This document shows, in pieces, positions 1-10,400 of a stretch of DNA of 14,775 nucleotides. Source of the DNA: Armatimonadota bacterium (GTDB lineage Bacteria; Armatimonadota; SYMT01); NCBI GenBank assembly GCA_046292385.1, contig JBKBRF010000030.1, forward strand, positions 76,073 to 90,847, written 5' to 3'. The notes beneath the pieces are model-generated. The model was given only the letters and a program-made list of their open reading frames with translations. It had not been told where the DNA came from and made no database searches. A program made the position numbers and the translations under genes. Each line of letters opens with the position of its first letter. The stretch's first letter is position 1.

Positions 1-1
1 C

Positions 2-1825
2 TTTCCCCCCCCCCTCCCCCCCCTCCCCCCCTCTCCCCCCCCCCCCCGCGACGCGGAGATCTCCAATCCCCGGATCACTCCCGCCGAGGTGCGCGCCCAC
101 GTGAAGTACCTCGCGTCGCCGGAGCTGGAAGGGCGCGAGTCGGGCCAGAAGGGGAACGCGCTGGCGGCCGACTACCTGGCCCGCCGGTTCAAGGCCGCCG
201 GACTCAAGCCGGCGGGGGAGAAGGGGACCTACTACCAGCGCTTCCCGGTCTTCACCGGAGTCCGCCTGGGGAACGGCAACGCGCTGGAATTCCGGGTAGA
301 CGGGGAAACCCGGCGCCTGGAGCTGGGCGAGCAGTTCGCGCCGCTGGCGTTCAGCGGCAATGGCAGCGCCGGCGCCCCCGTCGTCTTCGCCGGGTACGGC
401 ATCAGCAAGCCGGAGCTGGGATACGACGATTACGCGCACCTCGACGTGAAGGGCAAGATCGTCGTGGTGCTGCGGCACACGCCGGACAATGACGACGAGG
501 GGAAGTTCGGGCCGTTCGCGCAGCTCACCTACAAGACGATGACCGCCCGCGAGAAGGGCGCCGCCGGCATCCTGCTGCTCACCGGGCCGCTGAGCGAGGT
601 GAAGGAAGACCTGGGGGTCGACCCCGCGCCGAACGGCCAGGGCCTCCCGCGGCTGCGCTACGGTCTGGCCTCCGGCTCCACCGACTGCGGCATCCCCGCC
701 GCCTTCGTCTCCGCCGCGCAGGTGGACGAGCTGCTCGCCGGCTCCGGCAAGAAGCTGCGCGACCTGCAGCTCACCATGGCGCACGGACAGCCCGCCTCGT
801 TCCCGCTCGAGGGGGCCACGGCGCGCGTGACGGTGCGGGTGGAGCGGCAGACGGCGCCGACCCGCAACGTGATCGGGCTGCTCGAGGGGAGCGACCCGAA
901 GCTGAAGCACGAGGTGGTGGTGGTCGGCGCGCACTTCGACCACCTGGGCCACGGCGGCGCCCACTCTCTCAGCGGAAACGGCAAACCGGAGATCCACCAC
1001 GGGGCGGACGACAACGCCTCCGGCACCGCCGGGCTCCTGGAGCTGGCGCAGTATTTCGGGGCCAACCGGAAGAAGCTCGGCCGCAGCGTGCTCTTCATGG
1101 GCTTTAGCGGTGAGGAGATGGGCCTCCTCGGCTCCAACTACTGGACCAAGCACCCGACTATTCCCCTGGAGCGGGTGGTCGCCATGGTGAACATGGACAT
1201 GGTCGGCCGCCTGAAGGACGACACCTTCTGGGTGATCGGCGGCGGCACCTCTCCGGCGTGGAAGGGGCTGCTGGACCAGGTCAACGCGAAGCACCGCTTC
1301 CAGATGAAGGTCGGCGGCCGCTCCGGGTTCGGCGGCAGCGACCAGCAGTCGTTCTACGCCAAAGGTATCCCGGTACTCTTCTTCTTCACCGGCGTCCACG
1401 CGGATTACCACAAGCCGAGCGACACCTGGGAGAAGGTGAATGCGGACGGCGCGGCCCGGCTCTTCCAGTTCGTGGCGGACTCGGTGGAGCGCGTGAGCCG
1501 GCTCGCCGAGCGGCCCGCCTTCACCCGCTCCGCGGAGGAAGAGCAGGCGCCCGGCCCCGGCTTCCGGGTCTACCTGGGCACCATTCCGGACTACGCGGAA
1601 GAGGTGGAAGGCGTGATGCTGCAGGGCGTCCGGGAGGGAAGCCCTGCGGAGAAGGCGGGGATCCGCGGCGGCGACGTGCTGGTGGAGTTCGACGGCAAGA
1701 AGATCCGCAACGTGCAGGAGTACACGGTCGTACTCTCCACCGCGCGGCCGAACGTGCCGGTGAAGATCGTAGTGCTCAGGAAAGGCGAGCGGATCGAGCT
1801 CTCGATCACGCCCGCGGCGCGCTAA
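2..1825 (+). CDS. M28 family Zn-metallopeptidase with PA domain and C-terminal PDZ domain (5'-partial)
   Basis: M28 motifs GAHFDHLG, GADDNASG, SGEEMGLLGS, NMDMVG and DYHKPSDT. PA-domain motif VVFAGYGI...DDYAHLDVKGKIVVV. PDZ motif YLGTIPDY...GSPAEKAGIRGGDVLVEF. The frame stays open upstream of GTG89 (…DAEISNPRITPAEVRAHVKYLAS), which looks like the usual start of the mature domain, so the true start and signal peptide probably lie outside the window. Bases 1-47 are unreliable. Confidence 0.9.
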   Translation, partial: FPPPLPPLPPSPPPPRDAEISNPRITPAEVRAHVKYLASPELEGRESGQKGNALAADYLARRFKAAGLKPAGEKGTYYQRFPVFTGVRLGNGNALEFRVDGETRRLELGEQFAPLAFSGNGSAGAPVVFAGYGISKPELGYDDYAHLDVKGKIVVVLRHTPDNDDEGKFGPFAQLTYKTMTAREKGAAGILLLTGPLSEVKEDLGVDPAPNGQGLPRLRYGLASGSTDCGIPAAFVSAAQVDELLAGSGKKLRDLQLTMAHGQPASFPLEGATARVTVRVERQTAPTRNVIGLLEGSDPKLKHEVVVVGAHFDHLGHGGAHSLSGNGKPEIHHGADDNASGTAGLLELAQYFGANRKKLGRSVLFMGFSGEEMGLLGSNYWTKHPTIPLERVVAMVNMDMVGRLKDDTFWVIGGGTSPAWKGLLDQVNAKHRFQMKVGGRSGFGGSDQQSFYAKGIPVLFFFTGVHADYHKPSDTWEKVNADGAARLFQFVADSVERVSRLAERPAFTRSAEEEQAPGPGFRVYLGTIPDYAEEVEGVMLQGVREGSPAEKAGIRGGDVLVEFDGKKIRNVQEYTVVLSTARPNVPVKIVVLRKGERIELSITPAAR

Positions 1826-1847
1826 CCGAGTGAAGGTGGAGAAACGG

Positions 1848-2966
1848 ATGAAGAAGGCAGTCAGCTACGGCCTGCAGATTACCGGGCTCATCGGCGCGAT
1901 CGTGGGGCTGGAGTATCTCTGCTTCCAGAACCCGTCGCTGCTGCTGCAGCCCGCGGGCGCGTCCTCGGCGCAGGGGAAAGCGCAGCAGATCCTCGCCTTC
2001 GAGGGAGAGAAGCGCCTCCGGAACATCCGCCAGCTCACCGACGGCGGCGAGAACGCGGAGGCGTACTGGTCGCCGGACGGCAAGCAGATCATCCTGCAGG
2101 CGACCCGCGACGGACTGCAGGCGGACCAGATCTTCCTGATGGACGCCGACGGCTCCAACGTGAAGATGCTGAGCAACGGCAAGGGCCGCACCACCTGCAG
2201 CTACTTCTTCCGCAGCGGCCTGCGCGCCGTCTACGCCAGCACCCACCTCGGCGGCGACGCGCCCCCGCCGCGCCCGGACTACAGCCGCGGCTACGTCTGG
2301 CCGGTCTACGACACCTACGACATCTTCACCATCCGCACCGACGGCTCCGAGCTGAAACCGATCACCGACTCACCCGGCTACGACGCGGAGGCGACGGTCG
2401 ACTGGAAGACCGACCGGATCGTCTTCACCTCGATGCGCGACGGCGACCTCGACATCTACACGATGGAGCGGGACGGCACCGACGTGAAGCGCCTCACTGA
2501 CGCGCTGGGCTACGACGGCGGCGCCTTCTTCTCACCGGACGGCAAGAAGATCTGCTACCGCGCGAACCACCCGACCGCCGAGGCGGACGTGCGCGACTAC
2601 AAGGATCTGCTGGCGAAGAACCTGGTCCGCCCCAACAAGATGGAGCTGTGGATCATGGACGCGGACGGCTCCAACAAGAAGCAGATCACCAGCAACGGCG
2701 CCGCCAACTTCTGCCCCTTCTTCTCGCCGGACGGCACCAAGCTGATCTTCGCGAGCAACGTCCACGACCCGAACCCCCGCAGCCGCAACTTCGACCTCTA
2801 CATGGTCAACGTGGACGGCACCGGCCTGGAGCGCGTAACGTTCGACCCCGCCTTCGACGCCTTCCCGATGTTCAGCCCGGACGGCAAGAAGCTGCTCTGG
2901 GCGAGCAACCGGAACGGCAAGAAGGAAGGCGACACGAACGTCTTCGTGGCGGACTGGGTCTGGTAG
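1848..2966 (+). CDS. PD40/TolB-like beta-propeller protein, exported or membrane-anchored
   Basis: Repeated PD40 blades: AYWSPDGKQIILQ, AFFSPDGKKICY, PFFSPDGTKLIFAS, PMFSPDGKKLLWAS, plus DIYTM/DLYMV..DG motifs. N-terminal hydrophobic segment. ATG1848 is preferred over GTG1830 because GGAG lies at 1838-1841. Confidence 0.88.
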   Translation: MKKAVSYGLQITGLIGAIVGLEYLCFQNPSLLLQPAGASSAQGKAQQILAFEGEKRLRNIRQLTDGGENAEAYWSPDGKQIILQATRDGLQADQIFLMDADGSNVKMLSNGKGRTTCSYFFRSGLRAVYASTHLGGDAPPPRPDYSRGYVWPVYDTYDIFTIRTDGSELKPITDSPGYDAEATVDWKTDRIVFTSMRDGDLDIYTMERDGTDVKRLTDALGYDGGAFFSPDGKKICYRANHPTAEADVRDYKDLLAKNLVRPNKMELWIMDADGSNKKQITSNGAANFCPFFSPDGTKLIFASNVHDPNPRSRNFDLYMVNVDGTGLERVTFDPAFDAFPMFSPDGKKLLWASNRNGKKEGDTNVFVADWVW

Positions 2967-3082
2967 CGCGGGGGATACTCGGGGGCCGCTGCGGGAATCG
3001 GGCGAGGTATTTCAATGCCTCGCGACCCTCGTGACAGCACGCCAGCACGCGCGAGCACTAACGCTTCGGGCTTCCGAGCGTG

Positions 3083-3131
3083 GCTGCGCGATCAGCTCCC
3101 GCACCAGGTCGCCATGCCCGTCCGTCAAACG
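3083..3131 (-). repeat. Degenerate direct-repeat copy of the DUF1501 gene 3' end (partner 6057-6105)
   Basis: cgcgatcagctcccgcaccaggt is identical at 3087-3109 and 6061-6083, with 42/49 identity over the extended alignment. The minus strand reads RLTDGHGDLVRELIAQ versus RLTDVHGNLVRELIA*. Confidence 0.85.
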
Positions 3132-3381
3132 CCGGACGCCGCCCCGGCAGCACGGCGTACTCCCACAAGCCACTCTCCCGCTCTCGAGCCGCCGCCTCTG
3201 AAGCCCTCCCCGCTAAGCTGACGGGGATCTCTAACCGCATCCCGCGCGACTCGCGCCGCCGCTGCCGCTCCGTCTCCCTGAGCAGTGGCGCCGTACCTGT
3301 ACCTGCGTCCTTCGCCCCCAGTGTTTCCCCGGTTGTTTTTCCGAGCTGCAGAACAAAGGTGAAACCGGCGGGACCCAACCA

Positions 3382-3432
3382 CCTCTCACCTGAACAGATG
3401 AACATGAACTGTTCATCTGTTCAGGTGAGAGG
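3382..3432. promoter_or_regulatory. Perfect 23-bp inverted repeat immediately upstream of tetR (probable operator and/or RBS-occluding hairpin)
   Basis: cctctcacctgaacagatgaaca (3382-3404), loop tgaac, tgttcatctgttcaggtgagagg (3410-3432). It ends 3 nt before ATG3436. Confidence 0.75.
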
Positions 3433-3435
3433 GAG

Positions 3436-4035
3436 ATGAAGAGATCCCCACGAGACGCGATACTGGACGCCGCCGAGCGGCTGATGGCGGACTACGGCTA
3501 CCACCGGGTGACGATGGAAGAGGTTGCTCGGGAAGCCGGACTCGGCCGGACCACCATCTACCTCCACTTCAAGACGAAGGAAGAGGTGTCGCTAGCGGTC
3601 CTGGATCGCATTCACGGACGGCTGCTGGCGCGACTGTGTGAAGCCGCGGAGGTGTCTGGGGCGACGCCCGGCGAGCGGGTGCGGAGCATGCTTCGGGCTC
3701 GGCTGGAGGTGGCGCACACCGAGGCCCGAAACCGGCCGAGTCGCGGGTTCGACGAGTTCTACACCGCGAATCGGCCCACCTACCTGGAGCGGCGACGGCA
3801 GTACCTCGAGAACGAAGCGAACATCCTCGCCCACGTTCTGGACGAAGGGCGCCAGGCCGGCGCCTTTCGGTTCGACGTGGAGGCCTACGAAGCCGCGCTC
3901 TCCCTCGTCATCGCGACGAACGGTCTGATGCCGTTCAGCCTCGGGCCAGGCTACGCGGATAGCCTGGAGCAGCTGCTGCAGCGCGCCGATTTCGTGATCG
4001 GCCTGCTGGTGACGGGGCTGGAGCGGGGAGCCTAG
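3436..4035 (+). CDS. TetR/AcrR family transcriptional regulator
   Basis: N-terminal TetR HTH: ILDAAERLMADYGYHRVTMEEVAREAGLGRTTIYLHFKTKEE. 199 aa, with purine-rich GAGAGGGAG before the ATG. Confidence 0.93.
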   Translation: MKRSPRDAILDAAERLMADYGYHRVTMEEVAREAGLGRTTIYLHFKTKEEVSLAVLDRIHGRLLARLCEAAEVSGATPGERVRSMLRARLEVAHTEARNRPSRGFDEFYTANRPTYLERRRQYLENEANILAHVLDEGRQAGAFRFDVEAYEAALSLVIATNGLMPFSLGPGYADSLEQLLQRADFVIGLLVTGLERGA

Positions 4036-4132
4036 CGCGGCTCTGGTTTCGGCCTGCTCAGATCATGACGCGGAGCGGCCCCGACGAGCCTCGATGGGAT
4101 GCCGCACCCGCACCAGAACCACGGAGTAACGA

Positions 4133-5881
4133 ATGAAGCAGATCACCTTCATCTACGCTGCGCTCGCCAGAATGCTGGCCGGATGCAAGCGGAAAGCGAT
4201 ACCGGACCCCACTGTCCGAACGGGGGTCCCTCCAGTGCCGCTCGGACTGGCCTTGTTGCTGCTCCTGACACCGGGCGCGGACGCCGCCAGCCTGACCAGA
4301 AAAGTCGATCGGCTGTTTACTCTCTCAGCCGGGAAGGACGGGCCGGGGTGCGCCGTGGCGGTGGTACGAGACGGGAAGACCGTCTACCAGCGCGGCTTCG
4401 GGACGGCGAACCTGGAGTACGGCACTCACATCCGCCCGGACACTCCCTTCCACATCGCGTCGGTATCGAAGCAGTTCACCGCTTTCGCCGTGCACCTGCT
4501 GGCTGCCGAAGGCAAGCTCTCGCTCGATGAGGACGTGCACAAGTACCTCCCCGAGCTGCACGATTTCGGCAAGCGGATTACGGTCCGGCACCTGCTTCAC
4601 CACACCAGCGGCCTGCGCGACCAGTGGGACCTGCTGTCACTGGCCGGCTGGCGCTACGAGGATGTGATCACCGAGGACGACATCCTCTCCCTCGTGTGGC
4701 GGCAGCGCGAGCTCAACTTCGAGCCCGGCACCGAGCAGGTGTACTCCAACACCGGCTACACGCTGCTGGGACTGGTGGTCAAGCGGGTCAGTGGCCAGAG
4801 CCTACGAGAGTTCTGCCACGAGCGGATCTTTCGGCCGCTGAGGATGGAGCACACCCATTTCCATGACGACCACCGGGAGGTGGTGCCGGGCCGAGCGTAC
4901 TCCTACTTTCCGGAGCCGGACGGCGGGTTCAGACACGCGCCCCTGCAGTACGCCAACGTCGGCGCGACCAGCCTGTTTACTACCGCGGAAGACCTGGCCC
5001 GGTGGAGCGCAAACCTGGACTCGGGAAAGGTGGGTGGGCCGGCGCTCGTCTCGGCGATGCTGAAGAAGGGTCGGCTCCAGAATGGGGAGGAGACCCCCTA
5101 TGCCTCCGGCCTGGTCCACGGCGAGCATCGGGGCCTCAAAACGGTGAGCCACGACGGCGCGGATGCCGGCTTCCGGAGCATGTTCCTGCGCTTCCCCGAC
5201 GAGCGACTCACGGTGGTGGTGCTGACCAACCTCGGTTCCTTCGACCCGGTACACAAGGCGTATCAGGTGGCCGATCTCTATCTGGAAGGGCGATTGACAC
5301 CGGCTCCTTCGCCCCCGCCCATCCCGACTTCGTCCGGGGTGGAGGTGAAACCCGAGCTGCTGGACACTTACACCGGGGAGTTCCGCTTCCCCCCGTTTCT
5401 GCGCTCCTTCGAGCGGTCGGGGGACGCGCTCATGGTGAAGGAAGATGGGCACCTGCGGCGCCTGCTCCCGATCTCCGAGACGAAGTTCCTGGTGGAAGGC
5501 ACGAACGCGAGCTTCACCTTCATTCGGGACCCGGCGGGTGGTGTATCGGAGGTGGAATTCGATTGGGGCTTCGGCTCCTTCAAGGGCCAGCGGTTCACGC
5601 GGCGCGTGCTGACTCCGGAGGAGTTGGCCGGCTACGTGGGCGATTACTACTCCGCGGAACTGAACGTGCTCTACTCGCTGAAGGCACGCGACGGGATGCT
5701 GGTCATGTGCCATCCCCGGGGCGAGATGCCGCTGAAGCCGCTGCAGGGGGAGGAGTTCGAGGGTGATTTCGCTGTGCGGTTCACGCGCGGCCGAGACGCG
5801 CGGGTGAATGGCTTCGTGCTGGACACCGGACGGGCGCGGAACCTGCGCTTCATGCGTGCCGTGGTCCGGCCGCTGCCGTAG
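4133..5881 (+). CDS. Serine hydrolase, beta-lactamase class C/PBP-like family, with C-terminal DUF3471-like domains
   Basis: SxxK (IASVSKQF), LLHHTSGL, YSN (VYSNTGY) and an HxG triad motif (SHDG). Two C-terminal repeats (ELLDTYTGEF, ELAGYVGDY). Hydrophobic signal-like N-terminus and GGAG upstream. Confidence 0.88.
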   Translation: MKQITFIYAALARMLAGCKRKAIPDPTVRTGVPPVPLGLALLLLLTPGADAASLTRKVDRLFTLSAGKDGPGCAVAVVRDGKTVYQRGFGTANLEYGTHIRPDTPFHIASVSKQFTAFAVHLLAAEGKLSLDEDVHKYLPELHDFGKRITVRHLLHHTSGLRDQWDLLSLAGWRYEDVITEDDILSLVWRQRELNFEPGTEQVYSNTGYTLLGLVVKRVSGQSLREFCHERIFRPLRMEHTHFHDDHREVVPGRAYSYFPEPDGGFRHAPLQYANVGATSLFTTAEDLARWSANLDSGKVGGPALVSAMLKKGRLQNGEETPYASGLVHGEHRGLKTVSHDGADAGFRSMFLRFPDERLTVVVLTNLGSFDPVHKAYQVADLYLEGRLTPAPSPPPIPTSSGVEVKPELLDTYTGEFRFPPFLRSFERSGDALMVKEDGHLRRLLPISETKFLVEGTNASFTFIRDPAGGVSEVEFDWGFGSFKGQRFTRRVLTPEELAGYVGDYYSAELNVLYSLKARDGMLVMCHPRGEMPLKPLQGEEFEGDFAVRFTRGRDARVNGFVLDTGRARNLRFMRAVVRPLP

Positions 5882-5900
5882 CGTCCGGCCGTTTGAACCC

Positions 5901-5947
5901 CAACGACCGGCCGGCCGCTCTGGTGCGGAACTGCGGGCCGGTCGTTG
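5901..5947. terminator. GC-rich hairpin between convergent genes (possible terminator or RNA stabiliser)
   Basis: 12-bp perfect stem, caacgaccggcc (5901-5912) with ggccggtcgttg (5936-5947), and an inner ccgc/gcgg stem. It begins 20 nt after the hydrolase stop. No U-tract. Confidence 0.4.
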
Positions 5948-6057
5948 CTCCGCGCGGAATGAGTAGCAGAGATTCGTCCCCGGGTATCGAGATCCGCCCC
6001 GTCACGCCACCACGCTCAGGGCTCGCGTGCCGGACTGCATCTCATCAGTCCCGTGAG

Positions 6058-7488
<1,431 letters not shown>

Positions 7489-7495
7489 GAGTCTC

Positions 7496-10400
7496 TCAAT
7501 CGACGAAGACGAACTCGTTGGCCAGCAGCAGCGATTGGACGTACTGCTCCCAGGCGGTGAGGGCGGGACCGGAGAACTCGTCGGCGGCACTCCAGCGCGT
7601 CGCCGCCATCCGGATCTGCGGCGCCCAGGAGAACTCGTCGTGGCTCACGCTGCCGCGGCAGTCGACCACGAAGTCGAGGGTGTCGCCCTTCCGCACCTCC
7701 ACCCGCTCCGCCGCGGCGTCGACGCTGCCGTTGTGGACTTCCCACGCTCCGATCAGCCCGTGACGGCTGGAGACGATGCGCGCGCGGACGCCGTCGCCCT
7801 CCTTGGTCCCATGGCTGACCTTGCCGGAAACGGTGATGGTGCCATCCACGGGCGAGACCCAGCGGCGGATCACCGCGTGGGCGGCGTCGTTCCCCGCGTG
7901 ACCTCCCGCGGCGGTGAGCTGTGCCCAGCCGGTGGAGGGATCCGGCCAGGCCGGACCGCCCTGCCAGGCCGCGCCGGTGAACTCTCCGAACGGATGGAAC
8001 GCCTGCACCTGCCCGCCATCCTCGCGCACGCTGCCCCAGCCGTAGCGCCACGGTGAGTCGCTCTCCGCTTCGGCCGGCGCCGCGAGGAAGTCGAGCGCCA
8101 GCGCCAGCTCCGCCGGCTTCGGCAGGCGACCGTAGACCAGGCGGTAAAGCTGCCGCACGCGCTCGGCAGCCGGCGAGTTGCCGCCCGCGCCGGAGCGCTC
8201 CAGCAGATGCTTCGCCTGCTCCGTTACGAAGGGGCTGTTCAGCATGAAGAGCGCCTGCTGCGGGGAAGTGGTCTCATACCGCTGCGGGCTGTGCTGGTCC
8301 GGGTTGGCGAAGTCGAAGACCCGCAGCAGCCCCGGCAGGTTCTGGCGGTCGATCATCGCGTAGACGCTCCGCCGCTGGCTGAACGGGCGGCGGAAGAGAT
8401 CGACCGACGGTCCGCCGATCGCCGGATCGAGCCGCCCGCTGACGAAGAGCAGCGAGTCGCGCAGCGCTTCGAAATCGAGGCGGCGCCGGTCCATGCGTCC
8501 CAGCAGCCGGTTCTGCGGGTCCGCCGCCACCGTCCTGGGCGCTCCGTTGCTGCTCTGCATGTAGGTGCTCGACAGCAGCATCAACCGATGCAGTCTCTTT
8601 ATCGACCAGCCCAGTCCTTCGGACTCGGATGGAGGGACAGAGGAACGGAGAGACGGAGAGAGCTTGGCCCGCGACGCGGCATCTACTTCCCGTGAAGCAA
8701 CGGTTCGGATTCCCCCCGTCGCTCTGTCTCTCCGTCTCTCCGTCTCGGAGCCTGCCACCGAAGAGCTCTTGCCTCGCGGTGAAGAGAAGACCGACGCTAG
8801 ATAATCCAGCAGCTCCGGGTGAGAAGGCGGCTCGCTGCGGAGGCCGAAGTCGCTGGGGGTATCGACCAGCCCGCGGCCGAAGTGGCCGAGCCAGACGCGG
8901 TTGACCATCACTCGCGCGGTCAGGGGGTTGTCCCGATTCGCAATCGCCTGGGCCAGCTCCAGGCGGCCGCTGCCCTTCCGGAACGGCTTCCGGTCCGGAC
9001 CTGAGAGCAGCGCCAGGAACTGCCGCGGGACCACCTCACCCTTTGTGGAGGGGTTCCCGCGGACGAAGATGCGCGGGTCGTGCTGGATCGGAAGGTCCTC
9101 CATCGCCAGGGCGTGAGGCGGGGTGGCCGGCGACTGGAGGTACCACTGGTCGATCTTCGCCTGCAGCTCGTTCAGCTCGTTCCGCGTCCGCTCGTCGAAG
9201 TAGTACTCCACCTCGGAGATGCGGAGCTTCGGGACCGACGCGGGCGAGTCGGCGGCGTAGAGCACCTGCCGGAGCGCTTCCTCGTCCGGATCGGGCAGCC
9301 CGGCCGGGGCCGGCGACTTGCTCTCCGCCGCGGCCTTCGCCAGCGCGCGCCACTTTCCGTCGATCTCCGCGAGCAAGCGCCCGTACCGGCGGGCGACCTC
9401 TTCCATCGACTTCGGCGGCTCGCCCTGGAAGAGCGCCGCGACCCGCGGGTTCAGCCGGCTCGCGGTGTTGGAAGCCAACTCCCGGGCGAGGGCCGGCCCG
9501 CGCGACGCCAGCTCGCCCTTCGGCAGCCGCTCGAACGCGTGCCAGGCCCCGAAGATCGGGTGCGTGCCTTCGCGGAAGCGGTCGACGTACGCGCGCCAGC
9601 TCCGCACCAGGATCGGGTTCACGTCATCCGCGCCCATGATGACGTAGAACTCTTCGCCGGGGAGCTTCGCCGCGTCCGGGACCATCGCCAGGTAGTCCTC
9701 GATCCGGGTGCGGAGGCGGTCCGAGAGCGTCGCGGTGTGCTTCTCCAGCGCCGTGTCGAAGGCGGCCTGCCGCTTCCGCAGCTCCGTCTCGTACTCCCGG
9801 TAGGCGTCGGTCGGCTGCGGGTTCGCGATCCGTATCGTCTTCTCCGTGGAGCCGGCGAAAACGCCGTAGAGCGAGTAGTAGTCTGCCGTCGGGATCGGAT
9901 CGAACTTGTGGTCGTGGCAGCGGGCGCAGCTCACCGTCAGCCCCTGCGTGCTGCGGAAGACGACGTCGATCCGGTCGTCGATGATGTCCGGCTGCATGTT
10001 CACAAACCGCCGGCCCAGCGTGAGGAAGCCCATCGCCGCGAGAGGCCGCTTGTCGTCGCCGAGTTCGAGCTGGTCCGCCGCGAGCTGCTCCTTCAGGAAC
10101 TGGTCGTACGGCAGGTCCTCGTTGAAGGCGCGGACCACGTAGTCGCGGTAGGTATAGGCGAACGGGTAGCGCCGCTCTCCGGTGTAGACGTAGCCCTTCG
10201 TATCAGCGTAGCGCGCCATGTCGAGCCAGTAGCGGCCCCAGCGCTCGCCGTACTGCGGAGACGCGAGGAGGCGGTCGACCACCTTCTCCCACGCGTCGGG
10301 AGAGCGGTCGTTGACGAACGCCTCCACTTCCTCGTAGGTCGGCGGCAGCCCGATCAGGTCGAAGTAGGCGCGGCGGATCAGCGTGCGGCGGTCCGCCGGC

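Noticed and set aside
1..47. Near-pure poly-C tract (possible G-quadruplex or poly-Pro coding)
   Set aside because: It sits at the window edge and replaces the expected signal-peptide region of the M28 gene. It is most likely a low-quality or poly-G sequencing artefact at a contig end.
1848..2966. Assigning the symbol tolB
   Set aside because: It lacks the TolB N-terminal domain and any tol-pal gene context.
3038..3050. cacgccagcacgc similar to cacgccaccacgc at 6003-6015, a possible extension of the direct repeat
   Set aside because: The spacing to the core differs by 9 nt and the intervening sequence does not align. It may be chance.
3190..3235. ccccg-N9-cgggg hairpin resembling an IS200/IS605 end
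   Set aside because: Short stem in GC-rich DNA, with no tnpA or tnpB remnant nearby.
3058..3405. Minus-strand 115-aa ORF with EAAARERESGLW, faintly like a thermonuclease C-terminus
   Set aside because: No other nuclease motifs, and its start lies within the palindrome. The match is too short to support a call.
4133..5881. Calling the serine hydrolase a true beta-lactamase resistance gene
   Set aside because: The HxG triad and C-terminal DUF3471-like domains fit the broad peptidase/esterase group. The substrate cannot be inferred from sequence.
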